The position numbers and the translations under genes are program-made. From an uncultured cyanobacterium (GTDB taxonomy: Bacteria; Cyanobacteriota; Cyanobacteriia; Cyanobacteriales; Nostocaceae), in NCBI GenBank assembly GCA_963706595.1, contig OY970166.1:4416001-4480000 (forward strand): 64,000 nt of DNA. The letters run 5' to 3'. Below the pieces are notes generated by a model. The model was given only the letters and a program-made list of their open reading frames with translations, searched no databases and was not told where the DNA came from. This document shows, in pieces, positions 1 to 10,640 of the stretch (the first letter of the stretch is position 1; every line of letters starts with the position of its first letter).

Positions 1-728
1 TAGAAAAGGAACTGCGGTTTGAGGGGGTTTGGTTTCGCTATGGGGAGAAGACGGACTGGGTGCTGCGGGATTTTAACCTGAGTATGGCGGCGAAGACGAC
101 AGTGGGGTTTGTGGGCAGTACAGGCAGTGGTAAGAGTACAACAGCAGATTTGATTTTGGGGCTATTGCAACCCCAGAAAGGGTCTATTTGGGTGGATGGG
201 TTGCCTTTGGAGGGTGAGCGGTTGCGCCAATGGCAGCAGAGTATTGCCCATGTGCCGCAGCAGATTTTTCTAAGTGATGGGACGATGGCGGAGAATATTG
301 CTTTTGGTATTTCTCAGGAGCAGATTGATTTTGAGCAGGTACGAAAGGCGGCGAGGTTAGCTCAGATTGAGGAATTTATTGAAGGTTTGCCTGCCCAGTA
401 TGATACCTATGTAGGGGAGAGAGGGATTCGCCTGAGTGGGGGTCAGCGGCAACGGATTGGCATTGCGCGGGCGTTGTATCGCAATGCGTCGGTGATTGTG
501 TTTGATGAGGCGACGAGTGCGTTGGATAATGCCACGGAGCGAGAGGTGATGGCGGCGATTGAGGGGTTGAGTCGTCAGTTTACGATTATTTTGATTGCCC
601 ATCGGTTGAGTACGGTGGAGCAGTGTGATTTGGTTGTGGAGTTGAGTCAAGGGCAGGTGGTGTCTCAGGGAAGTTATCAGGAGTTAATAGAAAAATCTTC
701 GAGCTTTCAGCAGATGACAACAGGGTGA
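1..728 (+). CDS. ABC transporter ATP-binding/permease (exporter), 5'-truncated by the window edge
   Basis: Frame is open from base 3 (EKELRFEGVWFRY...). Walker A GSTGSGKS, signature LSGGQRQR, Walker B IVFDEATSALD, IAHRL motif. Confidence 0.9.
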   Translation, partial: EKELRFEGVWFRYGEKTDWVLRDFNLSMAAKTTVGFVGSTGSGKSTTADLILGLLQPQKGSIWVDGLPLEGERLRQWQQSIAHVPQQIFLSDGTMAENIAFGISQEQIDFEQVRKAARLAQIEEFIEGLPAQYDTYVGERGIRLSGGQRQRIGIARALYRNASVIVFDEATSALDNATEREVMAAIEGLSRQFTIILIAHRLSTVEQCDLVVELSQGQVVSQGSYQELIEKSSSFQQMTTG

Positions 729-898
729 ATACAAAATATTGTTCTCCAAAAAATTATATAGCGGATTATTTTTGAATGGAAACTCAAATTAAATTTGAAA
801 TATTGCCCCAATTTTCTGGATTCGATTATTTGATAGCCGTCATCAATAAACAAGATGGAACAACTCAAGAAAATTGAAAACCAAGTCGCTAATTTTTT

Positions 899-1852
899 GT
901 GAAAAAGGGTTTTATTGATAATTTTGCAAAGAATGAAGTGGTACTAATCAGAACAAAAATGTATTTATCCGATTCGGAGCGGCTTCTACGCCAAGGCGTA
1001 TCTCTGATTCCATACACGACCTGGAAAATAGGAGGTACTGCCCGATGGTTGGCAGAACCAACCCTTGATGAAACACCTGAGTTGCTCGCTTGGGCATACG
1101 CACAGGCAATTCCCGTCTACTTTCTCGGTCGCGGCTCAAATGTATTGATTGATGATGCTGGACTACCTGGGTTGGTGATATTAACTCGTAACTCTCTCAA
1201 TGAGTTGCGACGTGATGGAGACCAGATTATAGCCGGAAGTGGCGTATTTTTGCCTCACTTATCCCAATTCGCAGCACGCGAGGGCTTTTCAGGCTTCGAG
1301 TTTCTCGTTGGCATTCCTGGCACAGTAGGCGGCGCTGTAGCGATGAATGCTGGGTTGACGGTTTTTTGTCCCCGTGAGATGACAGCAATTGTTCAAGATT
1401 TTGATGTCTTAAATCTAGATGGCAGCATTGAAACACTAACTATGGAAGACGTTCATGCGGGTTATCGCCATACTGATTTGTTTGATGGAAAGCGCCTGAT
1501 TCTGCAAGCTCGTTTTCGCTTAGAAGAAGAGGGCAATCCAGAGGATATCAGGCGCAACACTTTTGCTCATCTTGCCGAACGTAAGCGTAAGCAACCACTA
1601 GATAAGCCTACTGTCGGAAGCACTTTTAAGTCACCTCCAGGGAGTAAGGGTGCCGGATGGTATATCGAACAAGCGGGTCTTAAAGGCTTTCAAATTGGTG
1701 ATGCGCGGGTAAGTCCCATGCACGCAAATTGGATTGAAAATTTGGGTGGTGCAACTGCGAGAGATATACGTCAATTAATTGCACACATTCAAAGCACTGT
1801 TAGAGACCAAATGGAAATTCATCTAGAACCTGAAGTTGTTTTTCTGAGCTAA
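899..1852 (+). CDS. murB: UDP-N-acetylenolpyruvylglucosamine reductase (MurB-like paralogue); start may be ATG 959
   Basis: TTWKIGG, LGRGSNVLIDD, GIPGTVGGAVAMNAG, KQPL...GSTFK, HANWIEN, LEPEV motifs. Confidence 0.85.
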   Translation: MKKGFIDNFAKNEVVLIRTKMYLSDSERLLRQGVSLIPYTTWKIGGTARWLAEPTLDETPELLAWAYAQAIPVYFLGRGSNVLIDDAGLPGLVILTRNSLNELRRDGDQIIAGSGVFLPHLSQFAAREGFSGFEFLVGIPGTVGGAVAMNAGLTVFCPREMTAIVQDFDVLNLDGSIETLTMEDVHAGYRHTDLFDGKRLILQARFRLEEEGNPEDIRRNTFAHLAERKRKQPLDKPTVGSTFKSPPGSKGAGWYIEQAGLKGFQIGDARVSPMHANWIENLGGATARDIRQLIAHIQSTVRDQMEIHLEPEVVFLS

Positions 1853-2509
1853 CTAAACTTATCTTAAACAGCTATGTCTACCTTATTCAGCGCTGCTACT
1901 AAGCAACCTTCTTTATCAATGAATGTATGCGGCTCTCAGGTTCGATCTGAAAAAGTTCCGGTGAGCAGGGCTAAAAATGCCGCTACGGACAATAATTATA
2001 TGATTCAATTTCTCAGTTGTTGTTTTCTTGAATATACATTAGATTCCTCTCAAGCCTTCTGTCAAGCCTAATTGAGATGCTCTTACCCTGCCCGTAATTA
2101 GGGTTTAAGAGATTTTTTATTTGGAGTGCTTTAAATCTTTAATTTTCTAGTTCTCACGAAGAGACACATTATTTTGAATGTTTATCTAATGTAGAAATAT
2201 TAAGGATATATCAAGAATTATCGAATAAGCCTGTTTCTTCTAAAAGCATGATTGCAATTTCAGTAGGAGTAAACAAATAGTAGCAAACTAAATAATTTTG
2301 ACTCTTCCGTACCTGTTATGCTAAATACACATCTAAATAAGGTTAAAACCCTTGTTGGAAAATAATAACAGGCTTTATTATTAACGTTTGAGTCTTGGCG
2401 CTTAAATGGAGGATATAACCGCCTGTAAGCCTTGATTTTCAATGGAAATTCTAGAGTTTAATTAAAATTAAAGCATAACACATACCGAAGAACCACAATT
2501 TTAATAACT

Positions 2510-3037
2510 ATGGATTCCTCAAACTATTCTATTCTACAATTAATATCTGACATTAAATCAGATATTAAGCTAAAATCATCTTCTTTTAAAGGCGCTATTT
2601 TCTATTTTTTATTCTCGCCACAAATAAAGGTCTTATTTTATTATCGTCTTTCGCACTGGCTATATAAAAATGGCTTTGGGGGGATGTCTTATATCGTGAG
2701 TTCTTGGCAGAGTAGATACGGCTGTTACATATCCCGAAAATGTGTTGTTGGGCAACGTGTTAGATTACTTCATCCTGTAGGTATTGTTATTGGTGATGGT
2801 GTTATTATTGAAGACGATGTATCTATTTGGCAGAATTGTACTTTAGGCAGTCATGGCAAACCAAGCATACCCAAAGCGTATCCATACGTTGAAAAAGGTG
2901 TGAAGATTTACGGTGGCTCTGTTTTGATAGGAGATATCAGAATTGGAAAAAACTCTATAATTGGAGCTAATAGCGTTATTTTATCAAATGTTCCTGAAAA
3001 TTCAGTGGCTGTTGGAGTTCCCTACAAGAGAATTTAA
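2510..3037 (+). CDS. Hexapeptide-repeat (CysE-like) O-acetyltransferase
   Basis: HPVGIVIG, left-handed beta-helix repeats, IGANSVIL, VAVGVP; polysaccharide cluster context. Confidence 0.8.
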   Translation: MDSSNYSILQLISDIKSDIKLKSSSFKGAIFYFLFSPQIKVLFYYRLSHWLYKNGFGGMSYIVSSWQSRYGCYISRKCVVGQRVRLLHPVGIVIGDGVIIEDDVSIWQNCTLGSHGKPSIPKAYPYVEKGVKIYGGSVLIGDIRIGKNSIIGANSVILSNVPENSVAVGVPYKRI

Positions 3038-3136
3038 AATCAGGTTTTTTAAAATCAAATTTCCTGAAAAAATGTGACTTTAACCAATATCTTTGCCTAA
3101 ATAACTTTCAAGCCAAAAGTTTATTTCATATTAAAA

Positions 3137-4414
3137 ATGATAGAAAACTTCAATAAGCTCATTATTCATCCTTCCCGCTTAGTAGGAGAAGTAAGGGTTA
3201 GCGGGGCAAAAAATTCGGCTCTTCGCCTCTTGGCTGCTTCTTTACTAACACCCTATCCTGTTCGTCTTAAGAACTACCCAAGCACATTGCTTGATGCTCG
3301 TCTCCATGTTGAGATGCTTGAAGCACTTGGTAAAAACTGTAGATTAATTAGTAAGAGTGAAATAGAAATCCTAGAGGTTAACTCTCCTCCACCAGAGCTA
3401 GTGTGGGAAAAACGATCAATTCGCAACACTTTGCTAATTTTAGGTGCTTTAGTCAGTCGTACAGGTAGAGGTAAGGTGCCATTACCTGGAGGCTGTAAGC
3501 TGGGCGATCGTAAGTATGATATTCATGTGATGGTGCTTGAATCCCTGGGCGCTCATGTCTGGGAAGAGGGAGACTATCTTTGTGCCGAAGTTCCTAGCCA
3601 TCAAAAGCTCAAGGGGGCAGAAATCTTTCTGCCTATTCGCTCAACTGGAGCCACTGAAAACAGTATTATCTGCGCTTGTTTAGCTGAAGGTACAACCCGT
3701 ATTTGGGGACCACATATTCGTCCAGAAATTCATGATCTGATTAAATTTCTTTGTTCCCTTGGAGCTAAAATAGAAGTCTGTGGACAAGAAAGTATTATTG
3801 TTCAAGGAGTCCATGAATTGGGCAGTACCACCCATGAAGTAATTGCCGACAATGTTGAAGCACTCACTTGGCTAATTGGTTCTGCTGTCACCAATGGAGA
3901 TGTAGAAATTCTAGATTTTCCGTTTGAACACTTAGAAGTTCCTCTCATTCACCTGCGAGAAAGTGGCGTTCGTTTTTATCGGTTAGAAAACCGCCTTATT
4001 GTTCGAGGTTCTAGCTGTTACCCCATTGATATCAGCACAGGCCCTTATCCGGGAATTAATTCTGATATGCAACCGCTTTTTGCTATTTTAGGAGCAATGG
4101 CTAAAGGCGAAAGCCGTATCATTGACCTCAGATTTCCTGGACGCTACGCTTATGCAGAGGAACTCGCTAAAATGGGAGTGACTTATGAGGTCAAGGATAA
4201 TCTTTTAGTGATTCAGGGAGGCCATAGACTTCAGGGAACTGAAGTAATAGCCCTTGACTTAAGAGCTGGTGCAGCCCTGATGATTGCAGGTTTCATAGCA
4301 GATACTCCAACCACTATTACCAATGCATGGCAAATTTTTAGAGGTTATGATCAGCTAAATAAAAAGTTATCTCAGCTTGGTGTTAGTGTCTTCAGTGAAA
4401 TGCAAGTATTTTAA
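3137..4414 (+). CDS. murA: UDP-sugar enolpyruvyl transferase (divergent MurA paralogue)
   Basis: VSGAKNSAL, LPGGCKLGDR (catalytic Cys loop), STGATEN, PYPG..SDMQ, DLRAGAAL, RGY motifs. Confidence 0.85.
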   Translation: MIENFNKLIIHPSRLVGEVRVSGAKNSALRLLAASLLTPYPVRLKNYPSTLLDARLHVEMLEALGKNCRLISKSEIEILEVNSPPPELVWEKRSIRNTLLILGALVSRTGRGKVPLPGGCKLGDRKYDIHVMVLESLGAHVWEEGDYLCAEVPSHQKLKGAEIFLPIRSTGATENSIICACLAEGTTRIWGPHIRPEIHDLIKFLCSLGAKIEVCGQESIIVQGVHELGSTTHEVIADNVEALTWLIGSAVTNGDVEILDFPFEHLEVPLIHLRESGVRFYRLENRLIVRGSSCYPIDISTGPYPGINSDMQPLFAILGAMAKGESRIIDLRFPGRYAYAEELAKMGVTYEVKDNLLVIQGGHRLQGTEVIALDLRAGAALMIAGFIADTPTTITNAWQIFRGYDQLNKKLSQLGVSVFSEMQVF

Positions 4415-4553
4415 AAACGAGTTTTTAGCAAGCAAGTATGAACTAAGTTAATGAAATTGAAAACTTTAATTGCTTCCAACCAGGGTTAAATTGGATTAGA
4501 AAACTTATCTAATTAGAGGGTGTTTGCGTATCTATTCTAGGTGAAATATAGAA

Positions 4554-5573
4554 GTGATTCATACTACTACTAAAGAAATTTTAGATAAACCACTTGTTTC
4601 TATTGTTTCGTGCTTTTACAATCGGGCAAATTATGTCAAGCGTTCTGTTGATAGTCTACTAAAGCAGACATATTCAAACATTGAGATTCTTCTAGTAGAC
4701 GATGGCTCAACAGACAACACGTTAGATGAACTGGTCTCTTATAAAGATCCACGAATTCGCCTGATAAGACATGAAAACAAGGGACTTGTACGTGCTTTAC
4801 GTGCTGCAATTGCATCATCTCAAGGGGAATTAATTGCAATTCATGGCTCCGGAGATATTTCTTTACCTCAGCGAATAGAGATGCAAGTTGGCTTGCTGAT
4901 AAAAAATTCTGATATTGGGGTTGTCGGCTGCTATATGCGCGATTTCAATATAGTGAAAAATAATTGGGACAACATATGCAGAACTATAGAAGAGGATCAG
5001 CTATCTCAATTAATTACAGAAAATCCCTTTTCTCACGGAGAAGTGATGTTTAGGCGAAGCTGTTATGAACAAGTGGGCGGCTATCGTGAATTTTTTGAGT
5101 TTTCCCAGGATCGGGATCTTTGGTTAAGAATGGCTCCAGTAACTCGTTTTGCTGTTGTTCCAGAAATCTTATATGAAAGGGACGCAGTTGAAGGTTCTGT
5201 AACTAAAGTTCCCTCAAAGGCTAGAAAGCAAGCTCATTTATCAGAATTTGCGATCGCTTGCGCTATTACCAGAAGGGATCAAGGATTTGATCCACTGGAT
5301 AGAGATGGTCCTGAAGCTTTTAAACGTCTAGCTAACACCAGTTCGAGATTACAAATTCGACTGAGATACTTAGTATCTCGCTACTTGGCAGATCACCAGT
5401 TTGATGCCGCTCAGGAATTAATGTCAGAAGTGGTTTCTCTAAATGCTTCGGCTTTTAATAGATTGACTCTGACAGCCATAACATTGGCTCAAAAAATTCC
5501 AGTTTTCCGCAAACCGCTGCAACTGATATTTCAATGGCGCTTAAGGCTCATTAGTTTCCAAAAAAGCAGTTGA
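4554..5573 (+). CDS. Glycosyltransferase family 2
   Basis: VSIV..YN, VDDGSTD, QDRDLWLR. Confidence 0.85.
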   Translation: MIHTTTKEILDKPLVSIVSCFYNRANYVKRSVDSLLKQTYSNIEILLVDDGSTDNTLDELVSYKDPRIRLIRHENKGLVRALRAAIASSQGELIAIHGSGDISLPQRIEMQVGLLIKNSDIGVVGCYMRDFNIVKNNWDNICRTIEEDQLSQLITENPFSHGEVMFRRSCYEQVGGYREFFEFSQDRDLWLRMAPVTRFAVVPEILYERDAVEGSVTKVPSKARKQAHLSEFAIACAITRRDQGFDPLDRDGPEAFKRLANTSSRLQIRLRYLVSRYLADHQFDAAQELMSEVVSLNASAFNRLTLTAITLAQKIPVFRKPLQLIFQWRLRLISFQKSS

Positions 5574-5675
5574 GAAGAGGTGCGATCGCATTAGCAAATA
5601 CTCAGCTAATCTTGCTTAAATCTGAGGAAGTACAATTAATTAAGTCCATTTTAAAACTAAGAGGAAATACAAAGA

Positions 5676-6593
5676 ATGGAGCCATTGGTTAGTGTAGTGA
5701 TGTCTGTTTTTAATGGCGAAAAGTATGTAACTGATGCTATTGATAGTGTTATTAATCAAACTTATAAAAACTGGGAATTAATTATTATTGATGATGGCTC
5801 AACAGACAGCACAGCATCTCTTATAAAAAACTATCAGGATCGGCGAATACAATATATCTTTCATAAAAATATGGGGCTAACTAAATCCTTAAATAAAGGT
5901 ATTAAACTGTCTAGAGGCGAGTATATAGCACGGATAGATTCAGATGATCGCGCTTTTCCAGAAAGGTTTGAGAAACAGGTAGAGTATTTTGTAAGAAATC
6001 CAGAAGTAGTATTAATAGGTTCATCATACTATAAATTCGATGCTTCTACTAGAATGTCTTCTATTTTCACTCCTCCTCTAGATGATTTGGGCTGTAGAAA
6101 ATTATTAAAACTTGGTCATAGTCTATTCCATCACAGCTCAGTAATGTTTAAGAAACAAGTTGCTGGTGAGATGGTTCTCTATGATGAAAACTATAGGGAA
6201 GCTCAAGATGTTAGACTCTGGATCACCTTGTTAGGTAAAGGGAAAGCGGCTGCATTGTCAGAAACTCTTTGCTGCATTCTTAGTTCCCATTCTGGGAGTA
6301 TATCATCTAATCGATCTCCATTAGAGAGTGCAAAGTTTCAGTGGCACTTTTCTAGAATTGCGCGTCATGAATTAGATGGGAATTTCTATGACTTGCTTCT
6401 AAGTTTTAAAAGTATTTTAAAAGGGCTATTACTTAACTCTTTGAAGGTTTTATTTGTATATACCAAATTTGTATATACTGCGCTATACTTGTATCTATTC
6501 TCTTTATACTGTGCCTCAAAAGGGAGGAAAGGCAACCAGGTAGATTCAATGATTGTTGAGATATGGCAGCGTAATTATTTGAAAAAAATTTAG
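5676..6593 (+). CDS. Glycosyltransferase family 2
   Basis: VSVVMSVFN, IDDGSTD, RIDSDD. Confidence 0.9.
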   Translation: MEPLVSVVMSVFNGEKYVTDAIDSVINQTYKNWELIIIDDGSTDSTASLIKNYQDRRIQYIFHKNMGLTKSLNKGIKLSRGEYIARIDSDDRAFPERFEKQVEYFVRNPEVVLIGSSYYKFDASTRMSSIFTPPLDDLGCRKLLKLGHSLFHHSSVMFKKQVAGEMVLYDENYREAQDVRLWITLLGKGKAAALSETLCCILSSHSGSISSNRSPLESAKFQWHFSRIARHELDGNFYDLLLSFKSILKGLLLNSLKVLFVYTKFVYTALYLYLFSLYCASKGRKGNQVDSMIVEIWQRNYLKKI

Positions 6594-6614
6594 CAAGAAT
6601 AGGCTAATGTTAAA

Positions 6615-7919
6615 ATGAATTTAAAGTTAAGCAAATTGGCTTCTGATTGGTTTTTAATCGTGTTACTGTTTCTTTACATTTATTCTCCAGATTTTTCATT
6701 TGTAGGATTTAATAACTCAGGAATAGTTCTATTTCCACTAGCTATTTTTGGTTATGCTTTCTTTCTGAAGCCCAGATATATAATATCTTTCCTTACAAGA
6801 AACAAGGTAATTGTCGTATTTCAATTTTTGATATTATTTTTAGTGTTGCTTAGTACTATACTGCAAGTTTTTCAAAACTCAGCTAATAATGTTTCACTTG
6901 CAAGCCAATATCCTATATCTCTGGTTAGATTTTATTTTGAGGTAATAGTTGCATCTGTTGCTCTACATTGTCTATTCGCTGTGAGAAAAAAAGAGCAAAT
7001 AAATGATCTAATTAATGCTTTTTTTTGGATAATTTCTATTCAATTTGCAATTACTTTGCTTTCACTAATTAGTCCCTCGCTCAGAGACTACATAAACTTC
7101 TCTATTCTCAATCCAAACTCAAAGCTTATACAAGCTGACTGGCTATATCAGAGACGCGGATATGGACTTGCGTCAGGGCATTTATTTTTTTATCCCTTAT
7201 TCAATGGATTTATTCTATCAATAGCACTATGGGGTTCTGTTTCCAGCTTTAAAAAGAAAATAAATTATTTGGTTTATGCCTTAATGGCACTATTTCCAAT
7301 TTTCCTTAATGCACGAGTGGGTCTTATTTCAATTCCATCGTTCATTGTTTCATTACTTTTAATTAAACCTTTTAACCTGCGCTATACGCTGGGATTGGCA
7401 CTAACTACTATTTCCACAGGAACTCTATCCATATTATTATTCTCTTTTTTAGTTCAGCTTGATATTTTTGGTTCAAGTACACTTAGATGGATTTACGAGG
7501 GTATTTTACAATACCAAGCATTCTTTTCTGGTCAATGGCAAGATGTAACAATACTCAATGCACTTTTGGATGGTCATGTTCACTTTCCAACGAATCTTTT
7601 AATTGGAGATGGGAAGTATTTATTTCAAAACGAATCTATTTCCTTTAACAGTGATATTGGCTATATTAACTACTTATATTTTGGAGGTTTATTGTATTCT
7701 ATATTACTTTACGCTCCTTTTGTTTGGATATTCTGGAAAGCCATACTTAAAACAGACAATATAGCTCTTCGAGGCATTCTTTTAAGTGGATTAATTATAA
7801 TTTTTATTGCTAATTTTAAGGGGATTATTTTTCAAAGTAATTCTTTAACGCGAGCTTGTTTCCTTATGATAATATTTATACTTTTTGAGAAATCTAAAAA
7901 TATCAAAATATTTCTCTAA
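6615..7919 (+). CDS. Polytopic membrane protein, Wzy-like polysaccharide polymerase
   Basis: About 10-12 hydrophobic segments, AT-rich, SDIGY..LYFGG motif, flanked by glycosyltransferases. Confidence 0.65.
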   Translation: MNLKLSKLASDWFLIVLLFLYIYSPDFSFVGFNNSGIVLFPLAIFGYAFFLKPRYIISFLTRNKVIVVFQFLILFLVLLSTILQVFQNSANNVSLASQYPISLVRFYFEVIVASVALHCLFAVRKKEQINDLINAFFWIISIQFAITLLSLISPSLRDYINFSILNPNSKLIQADWLYQRRGYGLASGHLFFYPLFNGFILSIALWGSVSSFKKKINYLVYALMALFPIFLNARVGLISIPSFIVSLLLIKPFNLRYTLGLALTTISTGTLSILLFSFLVQLDIFGSSTLRWIYEGILQYQAFFSGQWQDVTILNALLDGHVHFPTNLLIGDGKYLFQNESISFNSDIGYINYLYFGGLLYSILLYAPFVWIFWKAILKTDNIALRGILLSGLIIIFIANFKGIIFQSNSLTRACFLMIIFILFEKSKNIKIFL

Positions 7920-8006
7920 ATAGCCTTGCCTAAAATAAAATTTTCATGGTATGTTGATTTACACAACCAATTAAGCAAGCACAAAAATCTTCACAGAAAA
8001 AATTAA

Positions 8007-8777
8007 ATGCTTCCTACTTATGTTGATATTGTCACAATTGCGAGAAATTCAGATAGTGTAATATTGAAAACTTTAGAGAGTGTTAGTTCTCAGACATATG
8101 AATATATAAATCATATTATTGTTGATGGGGAATCAACAGATAAAACCTTACAAGTTATTCAAAATTTTTCTCATAAAAAAAAGATAGCTATTCACTCGCA
8201 AGCACCTTTGGGTATTTCCAATGCTTTTAACACAGGGTTAAGCAAATCATGCGGTGAGTTAGTTATTTTTTTGAATTCAGGGGATAGATTGGTTAGTAAC
8301 AATATTGTTCAGCAGATTCTTGATTCTTATCAAGCTAAAAATTGGCTATGGGCTGTTGGTGAAACAATATCAGTTAGCCGCAGAGGATATTTGAAAAGGC
8401 ACGTCAGACAGCATAGCAAGTGGGAACAGAAATTGTTTTGGTATCGGAACCCTGTATGTCATCAGTCTACTATTTTCTCTCACAAGCTTATAGAACAAGT
8501 AGGCTTATACAATGAACAGCTTTCTTTAGAAATGGATTATGATTTTAACATCAGATGCTCATTAGTGGCTGATCCATTCCTGTTATATTTGCCAATATCA
8601 TACTATGATACGTGCGGTGTATCCTCTAGACGAGTATTCCAAAGCTATTTCATGCAATCAGAGATACGTAAGAAATACTTTCCATTGAGCATAACTCGTA
8701 ACTTAATAATTGAAAGTGTAGGTTTTTTAAAAGCAATCCAGCGTCTTTTCATGATACCCATTAAGCTTTTTTTGTGA
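8007..8777 (+). CDS. Glycosyltransferase family 2 (WfgS/WcaE-like)
   Basis: IVDGESTD, FLNSGD, CHQS, MDYD motifs. Confidence 0.85.
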   Translation: MLPTYVDIVTIARNSDSVILKTLESVSSQTYEYINHIIVDGESTDKTLQVIQNFSHKKKIAIHSQAPLGISNAFNTGLSKSCGELVIFLNSGDRLVSNNIVQQILDSYQAKNWLWAVGETISVSRRGYLKRHVRQHSKWEQKLFWYRNPVCHQSTIFSHKLIEQVGLYNEQLSLEMDYDFNIRCSLVADPFLLYLPISYYDTCGVSSRRVFQSYFMQSEIRKKYFPLSITRNLIIESVGFLKAIQRLFMIPIKLFL

Positions 8778-8952
8778 TGGAGGTTTCTTTAAAACAAAAA
8801 TATTAAACATAAAAAAATAGAGTCAACCATTATCCAATCATCATTTGCATGAACTAGCTATTTGTGTAAAAATCATGTTTGTGAGAAAATGTCAATACCA
8901 AAAACAGATTTCGTGAGATGAATAAAAGTCTACGCAACTTATAACGTTATAC

Positions 8953-10017
8953 ATGATTCCTAATACGATCTCCCCTAAATTAACATTAGCAATACCAACT
9001 TATAACGAAGCAGCGAATATAGAGCAGGTAGTGAAAGGATTCCTTTCAACAAAATATACCAATTTAATAGAGGTATTCGTTGCTGATGGTGGTAGTACAG
9101 ATGGAACCCAAGATGTTGTTAGAAACTTAGCCTTGGAAGATTCTAGAGTTAAACTTTTACATAACCCCTTAAAAGTTCAATCAGCTGGACTAAATCTCAT
9201 ATTAGAGGAATCTAATGGCGATATTTTCCTGAGAGCGGATGCTCATTCAGACTATGCACCTGAGTATATTGAAAAGTGTGTCGAAGCATTATTATCGTCT
9301 CAAGCTCTCAATGTTGGTGGGGCGCAGCGTTTTGTTGGTAGAACAGCTTTTCAAGCCAGTGTAGCTTTAGCTTCTAAAAGTGTTTTGGGTAGTGGAGGAG
9401 CCAAATATAGGAACCCTGAGTATGATGGCTATGCTGATACAGTCTATATGGGATGTTTTTGGAGACAGACATTACTGGATATCGGCGGGTTTGATGTATC
9501 AAATCACCCTAATGAAGATGCTGAATTAAATCAAAAATTACTTAATATTAATCCAAAAGCAATTTATATAAGTTCTAAAATTCGCGTCTGGTACTATCCC
9601 AGAAAAACATGGAAATCTCTTTGGATTCAATATTTTAAATACGGTCATGGTCGCTACTTAACAACTACCAAACACTCAATTAAGTCCCAAGTGAGGGGTA
9701 TGACACCATTTCTTGTCTTATCCATATTAGTTATTTTTGTTTTGATTGGTTTGTTGTTTCCTCAACTACGGCTACCTATTGAAATATTAATTTTAGTCTG
9801 TGTGTTTTTACCCTTTCTAGAAAGCTGGCGAATAGCCCTAAAGTTTAGCAAAAACTTTGAAGAAGAAATTTGGCGGGGGGATAAAAATAAAATCCCCTCA
9901 TTCCTGAGTCGCTGGTTTGCTTGTGGAGTCGTTTTACTAACTATGCCAATCGCTCATTCTTGTGGTTATGGCTATCAGTTAGTCAGACATAGGGTTTTTA
10001 GAGTTAGTGGTTGCTAG
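8953..10017 (+). CDS. Glycosyltransferase family 2 (ExoA-like) with C-terminal TM helices
   Basis: IPTYNE, ADGGSTDGT, RADAH, NEDAELN, QYFKYG. Confidence 0.85.
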   Translation: MIPNTISPKLTLAIPTYNEAANIEQVVKGFLSTKYTNLIEVFVADGGSTDGTQDVVRNLALEDSRVKLLHNPLKVQSAGLNLILEESNGDIFLRADAHSDYAPEYIEKCVEALLSSQALNVGGAQRFVGRTAFQASVALASKSVLGSGGAKYRNPEYDGYADTVYMGCFWRQTLLDIGGFDVSNHPNEDAELNQKLLNINPKAIYISSKIRVWYYPRKTWKSLWIQYFKYGHGRYLTTTKHSIKSQVRGMTPFLVLSILVIFVLIGLLFPQLRLPIEILILVCVFLPFLESWRIALKFSKNFEEEIWRGDKNKIPSFLSRWFACGVVLLTMPIAHSCGYGYQLVRHRVFRVSGC

Positions 10018-10029
10018 AAAACAGCGACA

Positions 10030-10596
10030 TTACTCTAATTTGGGGTTAAAACGAGCGCCGGTTCTATCCGTGAAAATCCACAATATTGAGCGCCCACTAT
10101 CTCGCAAGACTCGCACGAGAGATTCTGAATCGTCCCCCGATGATGGTACAGAAACAGGTGTAACTACAATCCCCTGGCTGCCTAAAACAACAGTAGCTAT
10201 AACCATTGACCGCCGCATATGATAATCTGAAGTAATCAAGTAAATATGCTGTAAATTCCTATCTGCAAATTCTTGTACCAATGTTGTAAAATTTGTCACT
10301 GTATCAGTTGCTCTACCATCTAAATGCAACTTTTCATCGGGAACACCAGACTGCAAAAATATCCGCCGATTAGCATCTAAATTCCAAGCAAAATCAGAAA
10401 CCCAAATATCTAAATTTCTGTGAGATTGCCAAAACTCTGCCGCAAACTTCATCCGCGCGGAATCACCCCCCAAGACAAAAATAGCCTGTGGTACTGGTGC
10501 TTGATAGAAAGCGATCGCAATTCTCACCGGAATAATACTCACCACCACTAAGGCGATCGCTAAAACCCACCTGATTAATTTTAGTTTAGATTTCAT
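10030..10596 (-). CDS. YdcF/DUF218 family protein
   Basis: N-terminal TM, VLGG, ATDTVTNF, LITSDYHMRRS. Confidence 0.85.
   Translation of the reverse strand: MKSKLKLIRWVLAIALVVVSIIPVRIAIAFYQAPVPQAIFVLGGDSARMKFAAEFWQSHRNLDIWVSDFAWNLDANRRIFLQSGVPDEKLHLDGRATDTVTNFTTLVQEFADRNLQHIYLITSDYHMRRSMVIATVVLGSQGIVVTPVSVPSSGDDSESLVRVLRDSGRSILWIFTDRTGARFNPKLE
10511..10560. repeat. HIP1 octamers (GCGATCGC); representative pair of many in the window
   Basis: Copies at 10511 and 10553; others at e.g. 5250, 5582, 28453, 41253. Confidence 0.9.
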
Positions 10597-10640
10597 AGCA
10601 TATAAATTTTATATCATATTTTAACTCTTAATTTTTAACA

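Noticed and set aside
1874..2442. Short ORFs 1874-2071 and 2260-2442, or an IS remnant
   Set aside because: No recognisable motifs, transposase similarity or paired terminal repeats that I can support.
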